This document shows positions 27,425 to 39,724 of a DNA stretch of 64,000 nucleotides, piece by piece. The notes under the pieces were generated by a model. The model did no database searches. It worked only from the letters and a program-made list of their open reading frames with translations, and was not told the origin of the DNA. The stretch comes from Camelus ferus (lineage: Eukaryota). Location of the stretch: contig NC_045707.1 in assembly GCF_009834535.1 (NCBI RefSeq), positions 53,880,001 to 53,944,000 of the forward strand. Reading direction: 5' to 3'. A program made the position numbers and the translations under genes. How positions within the stretch are numbered: position 1 is the stretch's first letter; each line of letters begins with the position of its first letter.

Positions 27425-28120
27425 TGAAGGAATTAAAAAAAAAAAAAACAAAAAAAAACCCCAGATAGGACAAGTACCCCCAACACAGTGGGACGGGCCC
27501 ACTGGAAGCCCTAGGCAGGAAGAGACCCATGCCAGCAAAAAGGCCACAGTGGTGCTGAGACAGGTGACTGGACAGGCTGGCTGACCCTGGCTGGCTGGCT
27601 GTCAGCGAAGGGGAAGAAAATGCCAGCATGTTTTCTCTTATCCCACAGCTCGCTCCTTGAAGGACACAGCCATACAATAAGACATTTCGTGTCCCACAAC
27701 TGCTGCATTGATCCCAAGGACATACCCCAGTATCTCTTTCTTTGTTCTCTGTTTTTCACTGAAGTTTCTGTTTTAGGGCTGAGCTCCATGGGAGACAAGA
27801 GCCAGTAATAAATGATTGGCATCACCAGAATGAGACAGTGATGGCACAGCCTTCCAATAAAAGACCCCGAGGCCGGATCGGGGGCTGGAGATGTCCCAGC
27901 CGGCTACCTGGCTGACAGTTCCCTGCTGGAGTGTTTCCTCTTTTTGCCTTTTTTTTCCCCCCTTCCCTCTCTGAGCAATAAATAAAACAGCTCTTTTTCA
28001 CTCTGTCCATCTGCCTCTACTGAGAATTCTTTCTCAATCGATGGGCTAAGACCCACATATTTGAGGGGCTTGCCCACCTGTTTGCTGGGCTTTCCAATTT
28101 GGGGTCTCTATCTGCTAACA
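27425..28120 (+). mobile_element. Relatively young ERV LTR (lineage-specific); right boundary uncertain
   Basis: GC-rich block starting TGAAGG, with a TATA-like AATAAAAG (about 27856), poly(A) signal AATAAATAAAAC (about 27977) and U5-like GAGAATTCTTTCTC. Candidate CA ends at 28057, 28120 or 28502. Confidence 0.65.
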
Positions 28121-30847
28121 GTATCTCAGTCAAAAATTAAAAATCAAAAACCAGGATTACAGGGGAGTGGACTTAACATTTTTTTTCTTGGGAGAGGATA
28201 TTTTGTAGATGTAAATACAAGGATAGGAAACCCCCAGCCCAGTTCCCCTCTGAGACCGGCACTGAGTTGTCTGCTTATACCCGACTCCCCCCTCTACTGA
28301 AATGAGGAAAAACTATCACCTTTCAGGTTTTTTGCTTAGAAGATAGTGATGAAGAAGGCGGGGGGATCCTGTTCTCCTATCAGAATGAAGTAACTATAAG
28401 ATGAGCAATTCTCTTGCTAATAGTAACCTCCTCTTTGGCATACTCTAGTGACTTATTAGGGTAGTGTGGCAAGATTTAGCGTCTTATCAGTCACACTTTT
28501 CACTGCCTCGTTCTGTTCTTAGCCCTAAGGAATTTTTGGTCTAGCACAGAGAGTTGAGAGAGAAGCTTTTAAAGGAGGAACCCCAGAGAAGCAACAGCAC
28601 GTTCTCATTATCTTAGCAGTAACACCTGGAAGAGCAGAGCACCTACAAACCTTAGGTGCTTGGTTAGGGGGGTCTGCTTTATCTCCGTTCTCGTGTTCCC
28701 AGAGAGAGGGACTTCCCTGGAGTTGTGCTCTGCCTTTCAATCCTGCCCGTGGAAGGGGAGCTGAGCCTGACATCCTACAACTTGATCTTCGGGTCCACCT
28801 GCCTGGCCTGCCCTTTTCCTTTCGAGGGGGCTTGTATCTGAGTGGGTAAACCTGGTTTCCCACATCCATAGAAGTCAGTTGAAATGACTCAGTATTCGCC
28901 TCTGCTTTAAAAAGCCACAGTCTAGACACAAGGGAAAATGTTGAGAATATCCCATGGTTTTATAGGCACTCCTGCTGGGTTCTTACTTTGCACTGGCACC
29001 AGAATTTCTTATTAACGAATCCCTGTACGTGAACCTCAATTTCTCTGATAACTATTTTAATACTCCTTATTGTCTAAACTCATTTTTAACTGAGTTTTCT
29101 ATCTCCTATCCAAGTCTAGTCATTAGTTGAAATTCTCGAACCCTGAATGTAAAATCTGTCACAGCTAGGCCATTAGCAATGGTTGAAGATGAGCTTGATG
29201 GTGCCCGCGGCCCATGAGAACGCTGTGAATCGCTTTTCCTACATTCCTGGAGAGAAACCCTGAGTCTCAGACTCTGTTCACAAACTAGGAAACATGCTTA
29301 TATATACCTCTTTTTTTTTCCATGGATTAAATTTCTTATTTTATGCCCTCCTTTAGGCTTATGCCTACTTATCTGGCCTTAAAAATAACTGACCTCTAGT
29401 CTTACAGATTCTTGAGCCATTTCATTTTCTTTCCTTTCTTCCTTCCTTTGTCCCTCCCCCTCCTCTCTCCCCCTTTCTCTTTCTCCTTTCCTTCCTTTCT
29501 CTTCCTTCCTTGATTTCTTCTTTTTAAAGCATTCTCCCAATGGATTTCATCCAATCTAGTAGCTTCAAATAACTAGGTCTTACCGCATCTATGTCATCAC
29601 CCTGTTGCTACGTGTATTTCCTACTACCTATTAGTCATTACCACCTGAAAGTAATGCAAGCACCTGAAGCCAGATCTACTCTCATTATTTCCACCTATAA
29701 ACTTGTTATTCCTCCTACCTGTGATTCTTCCAAATCATCTACTTTTGCCTCTTACCAGGCTCTAAACACAAAGGACTTAGTTACCAAAACTGTATACCAC
29801 AGTCATTGCTGACTCATCTTTCTGCTTTTGTCCCTAATTTCATGTTCTTGGCCCACGATCTTATCAAATATGAAAATAAAAATACATTTCTCCCAGTACT
29901 AGTTCCTAAATATATTGTTATTGAAGGGCCCTGAGGCAGGTCTCCACCGAGTATCAATTTGGGGCCAAGATTTATATGAAAGAGAAATGTAAGATGACAT
30001 CAGATTACTTAATCTAGTTCAAGAAACAGTACGTGAAATTATAAGAAGTACTTAAGGAATGTTAAGCATTATGAAATAAAAGGACATAGAAAGCAAAATA
30101 AAGAATAGAGAGTAATTGGAGAGGAGTTAATATTGTGAACCTGTGAATAAAGTTAAACTCTGTTAGTCCTTTAGTGAAATTTTCTAGGCAAAAGTTGCTT
30201 CCTGAAAGGAACTAGTACATTTTTTCCTATGATAAAAAAATGGCATTATGTGCTATTACTTTTGGCAGAGTGCTTACATATATTTTTTTTTTTTGATAAA
30301 AGAATGATTTGCTTCTGTTTTGCCTCCTTTCCATAAATGTTTCATATCAATTTGATACACTCTATTTTTTAAAAACACATTAAAAACTTTATTGTATCAA
30401 GTGCCAGCATGTTTAACTTTGCATCAATTTGAAATACTTCTGGTTGTTTTGCAGAACACAGTAATTGCATGGCTTCCTTAAGTCTTAGTCATGTGCCTTT
30501 CAGGCTCCCCTACTCTGACCTACACCCCTTCTCCACAATGGGGTCCTCTTCAGTCTGTTCTGCCCCATGCTGACATCCAGATAACCCCAGCGACACGGAG
30601 AACCTACTTCCAGAGGGGCTGGCCCTGTCGCTGGGATGGCTGCGACGGTTTCTCTTCTGTTATAGAGCTGAGCCCCCACTGGGTAAGTCCCGTCCTCCTC
30701 CAGGAAGCTCACTTTTCTCTGTTTTCTCTTTGTCCTATTTTTACCCCTAGCCTGAATGGCTTACTGTGGACATTCTAAGCAAAATTAACTCCAGTTAAGT
30801 TTCACAGAGTATTCCAAAACCTTGAATTTGGTACATGATTATTATCA

Positions 30848-31892
30848 TTTTTTTCTTCTTTTTTTCCCCCTTTTTCTTAAGTTATTACAAAATATTGGCT
30901 ACATTCCCCATGTTGTACAATACGTCCTTGTAAACTATCTTACACACAGTGGTTTGTACCACCTACTCCCTCATCCCTATAATTGCCCCTCCCCTACTCC
31001 CTCTCCCCACCAGCAACCACTAGTTTTTTCTCTATATCTGTGAGTCTGCTTCTTTTTTGTTTTATTGTATTTTTGTTGTATTTATTGTATTAGTTTGTTG
31101 TATTTTTTAGATTCCACATATTAGTGATATCACATAGTATTTGTCTTTCTCCCACTTATTTTACTTAGCATAATGCCCTCCAAGTCCATCCATGTTGCTG
31201 CAAGTGGCAAAATGTCATTCTTTTTTATGGCTGAGTAGTATTTCATTATGTATATATAACACAACTTATTTATTTATCTGCTGATGGGCACTTAGGTTGC
31301 TTCAATATCTAGCCTATTGTAAGTAATGCTGCTGTGCACATTGGGGTGCATGAATCTTTTTGAATTAGTGTTTTTATTTTTTTCAGATATATGCCCAGGA
31401 ATAAAATTGCTGGGTCATCAAATGGGACCTGATCAAACTTAAAAGCTTTTGCATGGCAAAGGAAACAATCAACAAAATGAAAAGACAACCAGCTGAATGG
31501 GAGAAAATATTTGCAAATGATATGGCCAATAAGGGATTAGAATAGACAACACATATAAATAGGTCATACTACTCAACATACAAAAAACAACCCGATTGAA
31601 AACTGAGCAGAAGAACTGAATAGACATTTTTCCACAGAGGAAATGCAGATGGCTAAGAGGCACATGAGAAGATGCTTATCATCACTAATCATCAGGGAAA
31701 TGCAAAAATCACAATGAGATATCACCTCACACCTGTCAGAATGACTATCATCAAGAAGAACACAAATAACAAATGTTGGCGAGGAGAAAAGGGAACTCTC
31801 ATACACTATTGGTGGGAATATAAATTGGTGCAGCCACTGTGGAAAACAGCACGGAAGTTTCTCAAAAAACTAAAAATATAACTACCATATGA
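30848..31892 (-). mobile_element. L1 with 5' inversion: minus-strand 3' part 30848-31418 plus inverted ORF2 part 31419-31892
   Basis: The left part is the reverse complement of the L1 ORF2 end and 3'UTR. The right part reads sense ORF2 ([11 protein letters not shown]...[10 protein letters not shown]...[26 protein letters not shown]). The two parts abut at CCATATGA/ATGACCCAGC of the L1 sequence. Confidence 0.92.
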
Positions 31893-34800
31893 TACATTCC
31901 ATAAACCGGAAACCTTCCATAAATTTTAATTTTTAATGTATTTTTGCTATGTGTAGTTTTTTTTTTTTTTTTTTTTACAAAGCAGCCACTTTTTATTAAA
32001 GGTATAATTATAATGTGTATAATTATATACATAGTTATAATGCAAGGTATCTGATACATTTTGGTGTAGCTTTACAAAGTACTTTACTTTCAGGAACTGT
32101 ACTCTTCCAAATGAGCACAAAATGATAAGCTTAATCTCATTATAATTTTTCCATGTATTTTTGGATAGCACTAGAAAAATCATTAGAAATAACAATTTAT
32201 CTGATTTGAAAACTAAAATGGTTAATACGAAAAAAGGATAATGTTTTGGGAATTAAATTAATGTGACAAAGAACACAAAGGGAGCTGTAAAATGGATAGT
32301 TAGGCAACATGTTGAAACAAACCAATGATAAAATGAGGACTGGGTGGTAATGACACAGAAATGTAAGGTAGAGTGAAGTAACAGAGAATAAGGCATCCTT
32401 CGATTCTTTGGAAAAACGTGAGAAGCATATAGGTCATATTAGGATACAATTTTTATTTGACTATCAGGATAAGTTAAACAGCATATTGCTTCATTTTGTC
32501 TGAAATAGCTTGTAAATTTAAGCTTAAATAACAAGGTAAAAAAATGCAGAGTATTAAAAATTAAACGTAAGAAAACAATATAAATAATGGAGTAGGTAGA
32601 AATGAAAGTGATTCAGAACAAGCAATTTGTTAGATTCTAATCAAATCAAAAAATTAAATTTCTATTATGAATGACTTATATATACCATATATTAAATGTC
32701 ACAGATAATATTGAAGGTACCTTAAATATTGCTATTTAAATTTTTTAATGTAGAGAGATTATTGTGTCCAAGTTATTCTTTATTGTTAGAATACCAAATG
32801 GAGGTGTTTTTTTTTTAAGGTCAAGCAACAAATGGAAATCAGAAAAGTTTGATAAAAATATTAATGAAGTCATACCAAAAATAATTACCTACCAATTCTT
32901 GATTGCATACACATAGCAAAGAAAGGTTTTTCTCCCCCTCTTCCTTTAAAACATATAAGAAAACACAAGAGGTATAAATGATGATGTAACCAGCCAAGTC
33001 TATTCTTTCATGCCATGACATAGGAAACTATACAGTCTTGGATAATGAGAAGTAGAATCAAATTCCATCACTGCAAATAAATGTGTGATCTTAACCAAAA
33101 AATTTAATACCTCTTAACTGCGGCTAACTATTCTTGAAATTCTAAGTGTACTCTAGGTCTCTAATGATCAAAATTCCAATCTCCAGGCATAGAAGAAAAA
33201 TGACTCTCTACTATTTCTCTCCTTGATAAGCCAAAAAAAGGGAATCATCTGGTCACTGTTAGTGCATCTACACATACATGTCTCCTGGAAAATATAGTTT
33301 ACACATATGCAATACACATTTTGTAAACGTTTACAAAGGCAAGACGAGTGTTTTGTTTTCCCTTTTTCATCAGTGTGTAGCACGGCACTTAACAAGTCTG
33401 TAATTGTGGAATGAATGAATCAAGAAGTGAAAATGATTTCTGAGATTCTCCCTCTCTTGTTTGCCCTTATCCCATGATTAACATGTTTCCACCAATTTCA
33501 CTTCTGAATTCCATCCTTTTCCTGTCTCCAGCGAGAAATGGTATCCATCTTATACTTCAGTGTGAGTAATGAAGAAAGAAAAAGTTGAAAATTAATTCAT
33601 TAAAAAGAGGATATTTTGGTGCCATCATGATAAGTGAGATTATTACATTGTAGAAAAAGGTGTCTTACTGATTATTTTTATACAATAGAAGATTTAGTAA
33701 AATAAATACATAAAAGATTTCAATAATAATTTAGTGCCCTTTAAAAAATTTAATTTTCTAATCTGTAATTAAGATGTTTTTACTAAATCATTCTTAGTCA
33801 TAACTACCTGTTGAAAGACTTTTGATACACTTAATAAAGTGATCAAACATAATAAGTGTTCTAACTTAGTATCGGTGGGTATTAAGAGCTAAATTCTTCT
33901 GAGATGGTGTATTAACATTTTTGGATTTTAATTTTGCAAAGAATGAAAGCACCACTTTAAATCAGTTAAGCATTTCAGACGCATCATTATCCTAACACAC
34001 GAAACAATGATGGACAATAGCTCTTTTATCATCCTGGTAATGAGAAAATGATTCATTTTTATTAAGAAAGTAATTTAGCAATTTAGAATTTTAAGTGCTC
34101 TTGAAAATAAACAATAAGATAATATCAATTTTCATCCACCACAAGATATATGTACTATACTAATTTGATACATTTAAAAATCTCTAATAAAATACTTCAT
34201 AATACAATTGTCTTTTCCAAATTAGCATTTTGTGAATCCATAAGAAAGAAATCTAATGAATAAATGTGTTACTACTATTTTCTGTACTAATTTTCAAGAA
34301 AATTTTTAAAAAGGAGCATATTTCTTCCTTACTGGCTTTCTTAATATCTAGGAATATAAAAAATGTTCAATAAACACTAAGTAAAATATTGCAAGCCAAT
34401 ACTGTTTTAAGCCAGTGGGATTTATCATTATTTGAATGAAAAACCAAATGATTTTTCCATTATATCTTTTAAATATACAGTGATTATTTTTATTGGACCA
34501 TGAATCATATAAAAATATAAAAAGGAAGAAGAAAACTGAGGTTTTTTAAAAAATAATAATTTTACTTACACTGATATACATCTTGCTTGAGAGTTCACAA
34601 TTTGCTATCAAGCAGAGAGAAATCTGCTACCAACTTAGGACTTCCCCACCTCTCCTTCCTTTAACTCAACACCTATCAGCTGAAGGGTGATATTAAAATA
34701 TTTAAATTGACATGTGCCAATATCGACGTGGAGAAAGGGAAAAAACGGTGTAAAAAAAAATACGCAGTAGCAGTATATATACTTATAAAGAAAACATTCT

Positions 34801-37800
34801 CACTTTTCCATGTTAATAAATTTGTGCTCCCATGTAAAAAGACAAAAATAAAAAATAAATGCAAGTAATGTGGTAAATTTTACATGCTACTTGATCATAA
34901 AGCAAAAGGAATGCAGCTGTAAAGAGACTTTTTCCTCCAAAACTACAAGGAAGGGACTTCTTTTTAAAAAACATGTCTTTTGTATAACATAAGCAGAATG
35001 GAGGATATTAAGACATAAGGAAGAAAAATTTAGAAAAAAACATGGAATATCAAAGTTGACTTGCTTATAAATATGAATTGATTAGAGAAAAACTGATGAA
35101 AACTATCTTAAGATTCCAGAGGGGAAGAGCAGTAATGTGATGTGGATTGCTTGGCATCAACTACTGGACACACATATTTGATTATTAAATATATCATATA
35201 TATAGTATGAAAACCTTAACATAGTGTATACTTTTCTTTCTTTACCTCCTGGGCTTTTTCTCTTGTTTCACATGTGGTACAAAAACCCACACTACACTGT
35301 AGTGAACATCAAGCACCTGAGTTAAAAAATTACTTTATTGATTTTTACCATAAATGTAATTTTGAACTTTGGCTGAATTTTTTTCTGTCAAATTTGCTAT
35401 ACTCTTCAAACTGAGTCATGTAAAAGTTATAACTCAAAAGATGTGTGTGCCTGCATGCATGTCCGTATTGATGGTGGTAGGCCTCTCAGCAAACCCAATG
35501 GAAACAACTACTGCATTTAGATCACATTATTTCAGCCTTGCTTGATTATCCAAGATCATTGATAAGATCCTTCAAGTGTCTTTAATTTTATTGTTTCTGT
35601 TTATTTTTCTTAAAATCTGAAGTATAAAATGGCAGGTAACACCTAGCACTATATCATAGCTTCAATTAAAGTAAACTGAGAAAGCATTCAAAGATTGTTT
35701 AGCAACTTATAAATCTCCTTTTTAAAATTTAAACAACAGAACAAAAGGCCTTTGATAAATGCTTATTAGGCAATGGTTTTCAGGATCTCCAAAGGAACCT
35801 ACTCTATATCAGATCTTGAACTAGGAGCTTTAACATGTGTTGATTTTATTTAATCCTTCAAATAAACTATAAAAATAAGCACTACTCTTATTTTTGAAGA
35901 TGTGGAAACTGACATCCTGAGAGACAAAGTGTAACTTGTCACATCTCTTTAAATCAGATTGCCCGTGGAGATGTAGCCCACATATACTAAACAGAAAGAA
36001 GTACAAAGGTTTTTATCACTCTAGTGGGGGTCAAATGTTTGACGACTTCTTAGTTTTGCTAGTTGATGCTTTAAAGGGAGGAAGCCAGGAAGCACCATTA
36101 AGAAAATGTTTATGTTATGCTCCGGGAAAGCAGCGGGATCCTGCTGTGACCATCTGCAGGTTGGGCAGCCCTTTCCAGACAGGGTTTCCAGTAGGAAGGA
36201 AATAAAACCTCCCAAGAATATAGAGTCGGGAGCCAGAAATAAAATTTCAAAAGCATATCTGAAGTCATCATCTGGCCCTAAGAAATGATGGTAACACAAG
36301 TACAGCTGAACAGAAAAATAGCTATCTGCAGGGGAAAAAAAGAGCCGCAGTAATAAAAATAGCAGATCCCCGAGGGCTCACTCAGCATGAAACTGTACAA
36401 AACAGAAAAAGGACAATGTGTAGTAATGCGTTTTAAGAGTGAGATCAAGGGAGTGAGCAGCAAATTTGAATTATAGGATAAATAGATATTGATTAAGTTG
36501 CAAAGGAAATCTATAACACTGCTGTAACTTACCTAAGAAAACTGCAGATTAATAAACCATACTTGATGAATACATAGCTTCCTCAGACTAATGAACTATT
36601 ACCACAGAGATACGGTCAATCAGCCTAAGTAAACTCACTCCTCTCATTTATGTGAATAATTAGTTCCATTTTAATTTATTTATAAATTTAATTACTTTTT
36701 TTTTTCCAGGCACATTAGTCTAATATTCTTAAAGAGTCCATTTTGGAAACAAAGATTCTTTTGTAGAAAAGCAACTTCTGAACCCAAGTGAGACCATTCT
36801 CATAAATTTGTATTGGGGTGAGTTTCTTTGTCACTCACCATCTGCCTATTAGAGCTCACAAGAAGGGAAAATGCATTCTGAAAGCAGGTGCCCATGTAAA
36901 TAGAGCATAAATTTCACAAAGACAAGTTCAAGTAAGGACTTGCAAATATGAATGGGAACAAGTGTTTTCAAAGTACTTTCCAAACTTATTCCCCTCAATT
37001 TCTCATGTTATAGTCATGACAGTTAGTGCTTTAGCTACTCTGATAGAGATGCATTGTCAATCAAAATTAATCAAGTTCTAAGTAGTTTTTAAAGATCTCA
37101 TATTCAGTATCTGTATCACACTGTATCACACTGATGACCTTTAATTAATTTAATCACACTGTAATTTTCTTAAAACTACAATTTTAACATTTAAAATTAA
37201 AAAAAACTCTTTAAATGCAAAGAAACAAATTATAAAAGAGAAAGAGTTTGAGAACTGATAGCATTATACTACATAATACTCTATAAGTAATTCTATAATC
37301 CAAGCAAAACGTGTGTGGATGAATTAGAACAGAATCAAAAAGAAAAGTTTTTTTTTAATAAATTTTATTGTCTTAACATATTTGAAAAAGTAGGTCAAAA
37401 GATCTATCTGGAAACTTGAAATAGGTAGGTATTAGATTAACAATAAATTAACAGAAAGCTGTATAATATATAATAGGTGTAAAATGTACTGCGTATGTAG
37501 TGTAATGAAATTTAAAAAAACACACAAGGCTTTTATTTTCAAATATGTGCATATTATACAGCATAATCATAAAATATCTAGATTCAGATGTTTCTCTAAA
37601 TTGTCTGTTGTTACAGATTATTGCTTTCTTTTGCAGCTTATAGAATATTTAAATTAAGCATTTAAATTATAGAAGCGATACATACAAAACATTGAATAAG
37701 ACATAAGAATATAGAACAAAAAAATTTCTCTGATCACACAACTCCATAGAGGGTATTACTTTCAACAAGAAAACAGTTTCTGCTTTTGTTATTTTGACAG

Positions 37801-38144
37801 TTGCCCATATAACTTTAAATGTTATACTTCTACTTATTGTTTCAACTTTTTGTAAGTTGTCTATTGGCTGCCTGCTATAAAAGTTGAGCAGTTGATACAC
37901 AATCTTTCACCGTACTTCCCACTACAACTTCAGGCTATGGCTAATTTTATACTGTGTTTTCTTGTGTCAGTATTTATCATTTTAAATACTGTATGCATAT
38001 CTATAGTCTATGAAAAATCAATTTTAATTAGTATACGTAAACTCCCTAGTATAAAATATGGTGCTTTGATTATGTTTACCTTTTCCAATAACTCCATTCT
38101 CCTTTTAATAGTCCACTTTCCCTTACTTTAAAATTTTTAAGGCT

Positions 38145-38850
38145 CTTTTTCCAAAATCAACAACCAACCCTCCAATTCACCTGACACCACCTGGGTGTTT
38201 AACAATTCAATTCAATTCTGGCTCAGCTTAAAGGTTCAGTCCTACATACTGCTCCCCACTTCGGATGCTGGTCACAAGTCCTATACTGGTCCCCGTACTT
38301 CTGATTGAATTACTGCTATCAACCCCCACTAAATAGGGAGTTCCCTCAACTCCATCCTCAGGTTCAATCATTTGCTGGAACAGCTCACAGAACTAAGAAA
38401 GACACTTCACTGCATTTGCTGGTTTATTTTAAAGGATACAGATGAACAGCCAGATGAAGATGTACATAGGGCAGGGTCTGGAAAAGTCTCCGGCACAGGA
38501 GCAACATGTAAAAGTGTTCACCAGTTTGGAAGCGCATCAAATGCTTTTGTTGAAGAGTTTTTGCAGTGCTTAATCTCTAGCCCCTCTTACCTCATTTCCT
38601 GGAGGTTGGTGGGTGGGGCTGAAAGTTTCAGCCCTTTGATCACTTAGTCTTTCTGGTGACCAGAGCCACCCCGAGGCTATCTAGGGACCCCACCCTAAGT
38701 CACTTTATTAGCATAAACTCAAGTGTGATCAAATGGGGTTTCTTAAGAATAGCAAAGGACACTCCCATTACTCAGGAAATTTCAAGGGTTTTAAGAGTTC
38801 CTGTGTCAGGAACCAGAGACAAAGACCAAATAAATTTCACACTATACCTA
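38145..38850 (-). mobile_element. MER21-like ERVL LTR
   Basis: The reverse strand reads ATTTGGTCTTTGTCTCTGGTTCCTGACACAGGAACTCTTAAAACCCTTGAAATTTCC. Also ACAATTCAATTCAATTCTG and AAAGGATACAGATGAACAGCCAGATGAAGA. Confidence 0.85.
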
Positions 38851-39432
38851 TTAACAATTATATTTGGTAGTTTTATTAAATATTTACAGCTTGATTTGTT
38901 TAAAGAACTCAAATGGAGTAACAACATTTAAAATGTATTTATAAAATTATTCACTGTAAAACCAGTAGTGTGATTGGAGAACAAATAAAGGAAATGTAAT
39001 CTTAATGAAATTTCCTGCAGTAATAATGAGAATCTTCCAAGTGGTCAGGTCTACTGAGTTCTCTTTTAATTATTTCAGATTTTATTCACTACATCTGTGT
39101 TGTACACAAATGCTACTTATATCCTGTGCTCTATTTCTTTTTTTTTTTTTTTTTTTGCTTATAGCATGACTTTGAGTCATGTTTTTACATAGTTTGCGTT
39201 GATAGTAAATTATATATACACATTTCAAAACATGCTTAATTTTTTTTTACATTTTATTAATCATTCAATTGTGTGTAAAATTCTAGGATCACTTGTTTTG
39301 TTCTTCAGAACTGTGACCTTATCTTTCAATCATTTACAACTATCTAATAATTGATAGTTTTCTGAAGGCAGTCTGATTCCCATTCATTTATTCATTCACT
39401 CTGCAAACTTGCCTTCCTACTATGTTAGGAAC

Positions 39433-39523
39433 TTTTTGCTGTTGTTGTTGTTGTTCAGTTATAATGTGTCAATTTCTGGTGTATAGCACAATGTCCCAGT
39501 TATGCACATACATACATATATTC
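39433..39523 (-). mobile_element. Very short L1 3'-end insertion with (TTG)n-degenerated tail
   Basis: ATAATGTGTCAATTTCTGGTGTATAGCACAATGTCCCAGT is nearly the reverse complement of 59035-59075, the 3' end of the large L1-derived element. Confidence 0.85.
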
Positions 39524-39551
39524 AGGAATGGTTTTAGTTGCTGGAAATTCA

Positions 39552-39724
39552 CCAGTGATCAAATTTTTAAAAACTTCTACCTGGGAAGTTTGATTAAAAA
39601 TATTGCCATCTGGGTCCTGCAAAAACCAATTGAATCAAAATATCTGGAGGGCAGCCTGAGAATTGGTAGTTTGTAAAGGCTCTCCATCTAATCCTATTGA
39701 TGCCACCAAGGTTGAGAACCACTG
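39552..39724. mobile_element. MER5A-like hAT MITE
   Basis: CAGTGATC...TGAATCAAAATATCTGGAGG...CAAGGTTGAGAACCACTG. Confidence 0.65.

Noticed and set aside
30808..30847. TSD for the inverted L1 (ATTCCAAAACC versus ATTCCATAAACC at about 31896)
   Set aside because: The match is gapped and not adjacent to the tail, so it is not reliable.
36120..36146. GAS-like CTCCGGGAA and imperfect palindrome CAGCGGGATCCTGCTG
   Set aside because: Both are imperfect and expected by chance in 64 kb.
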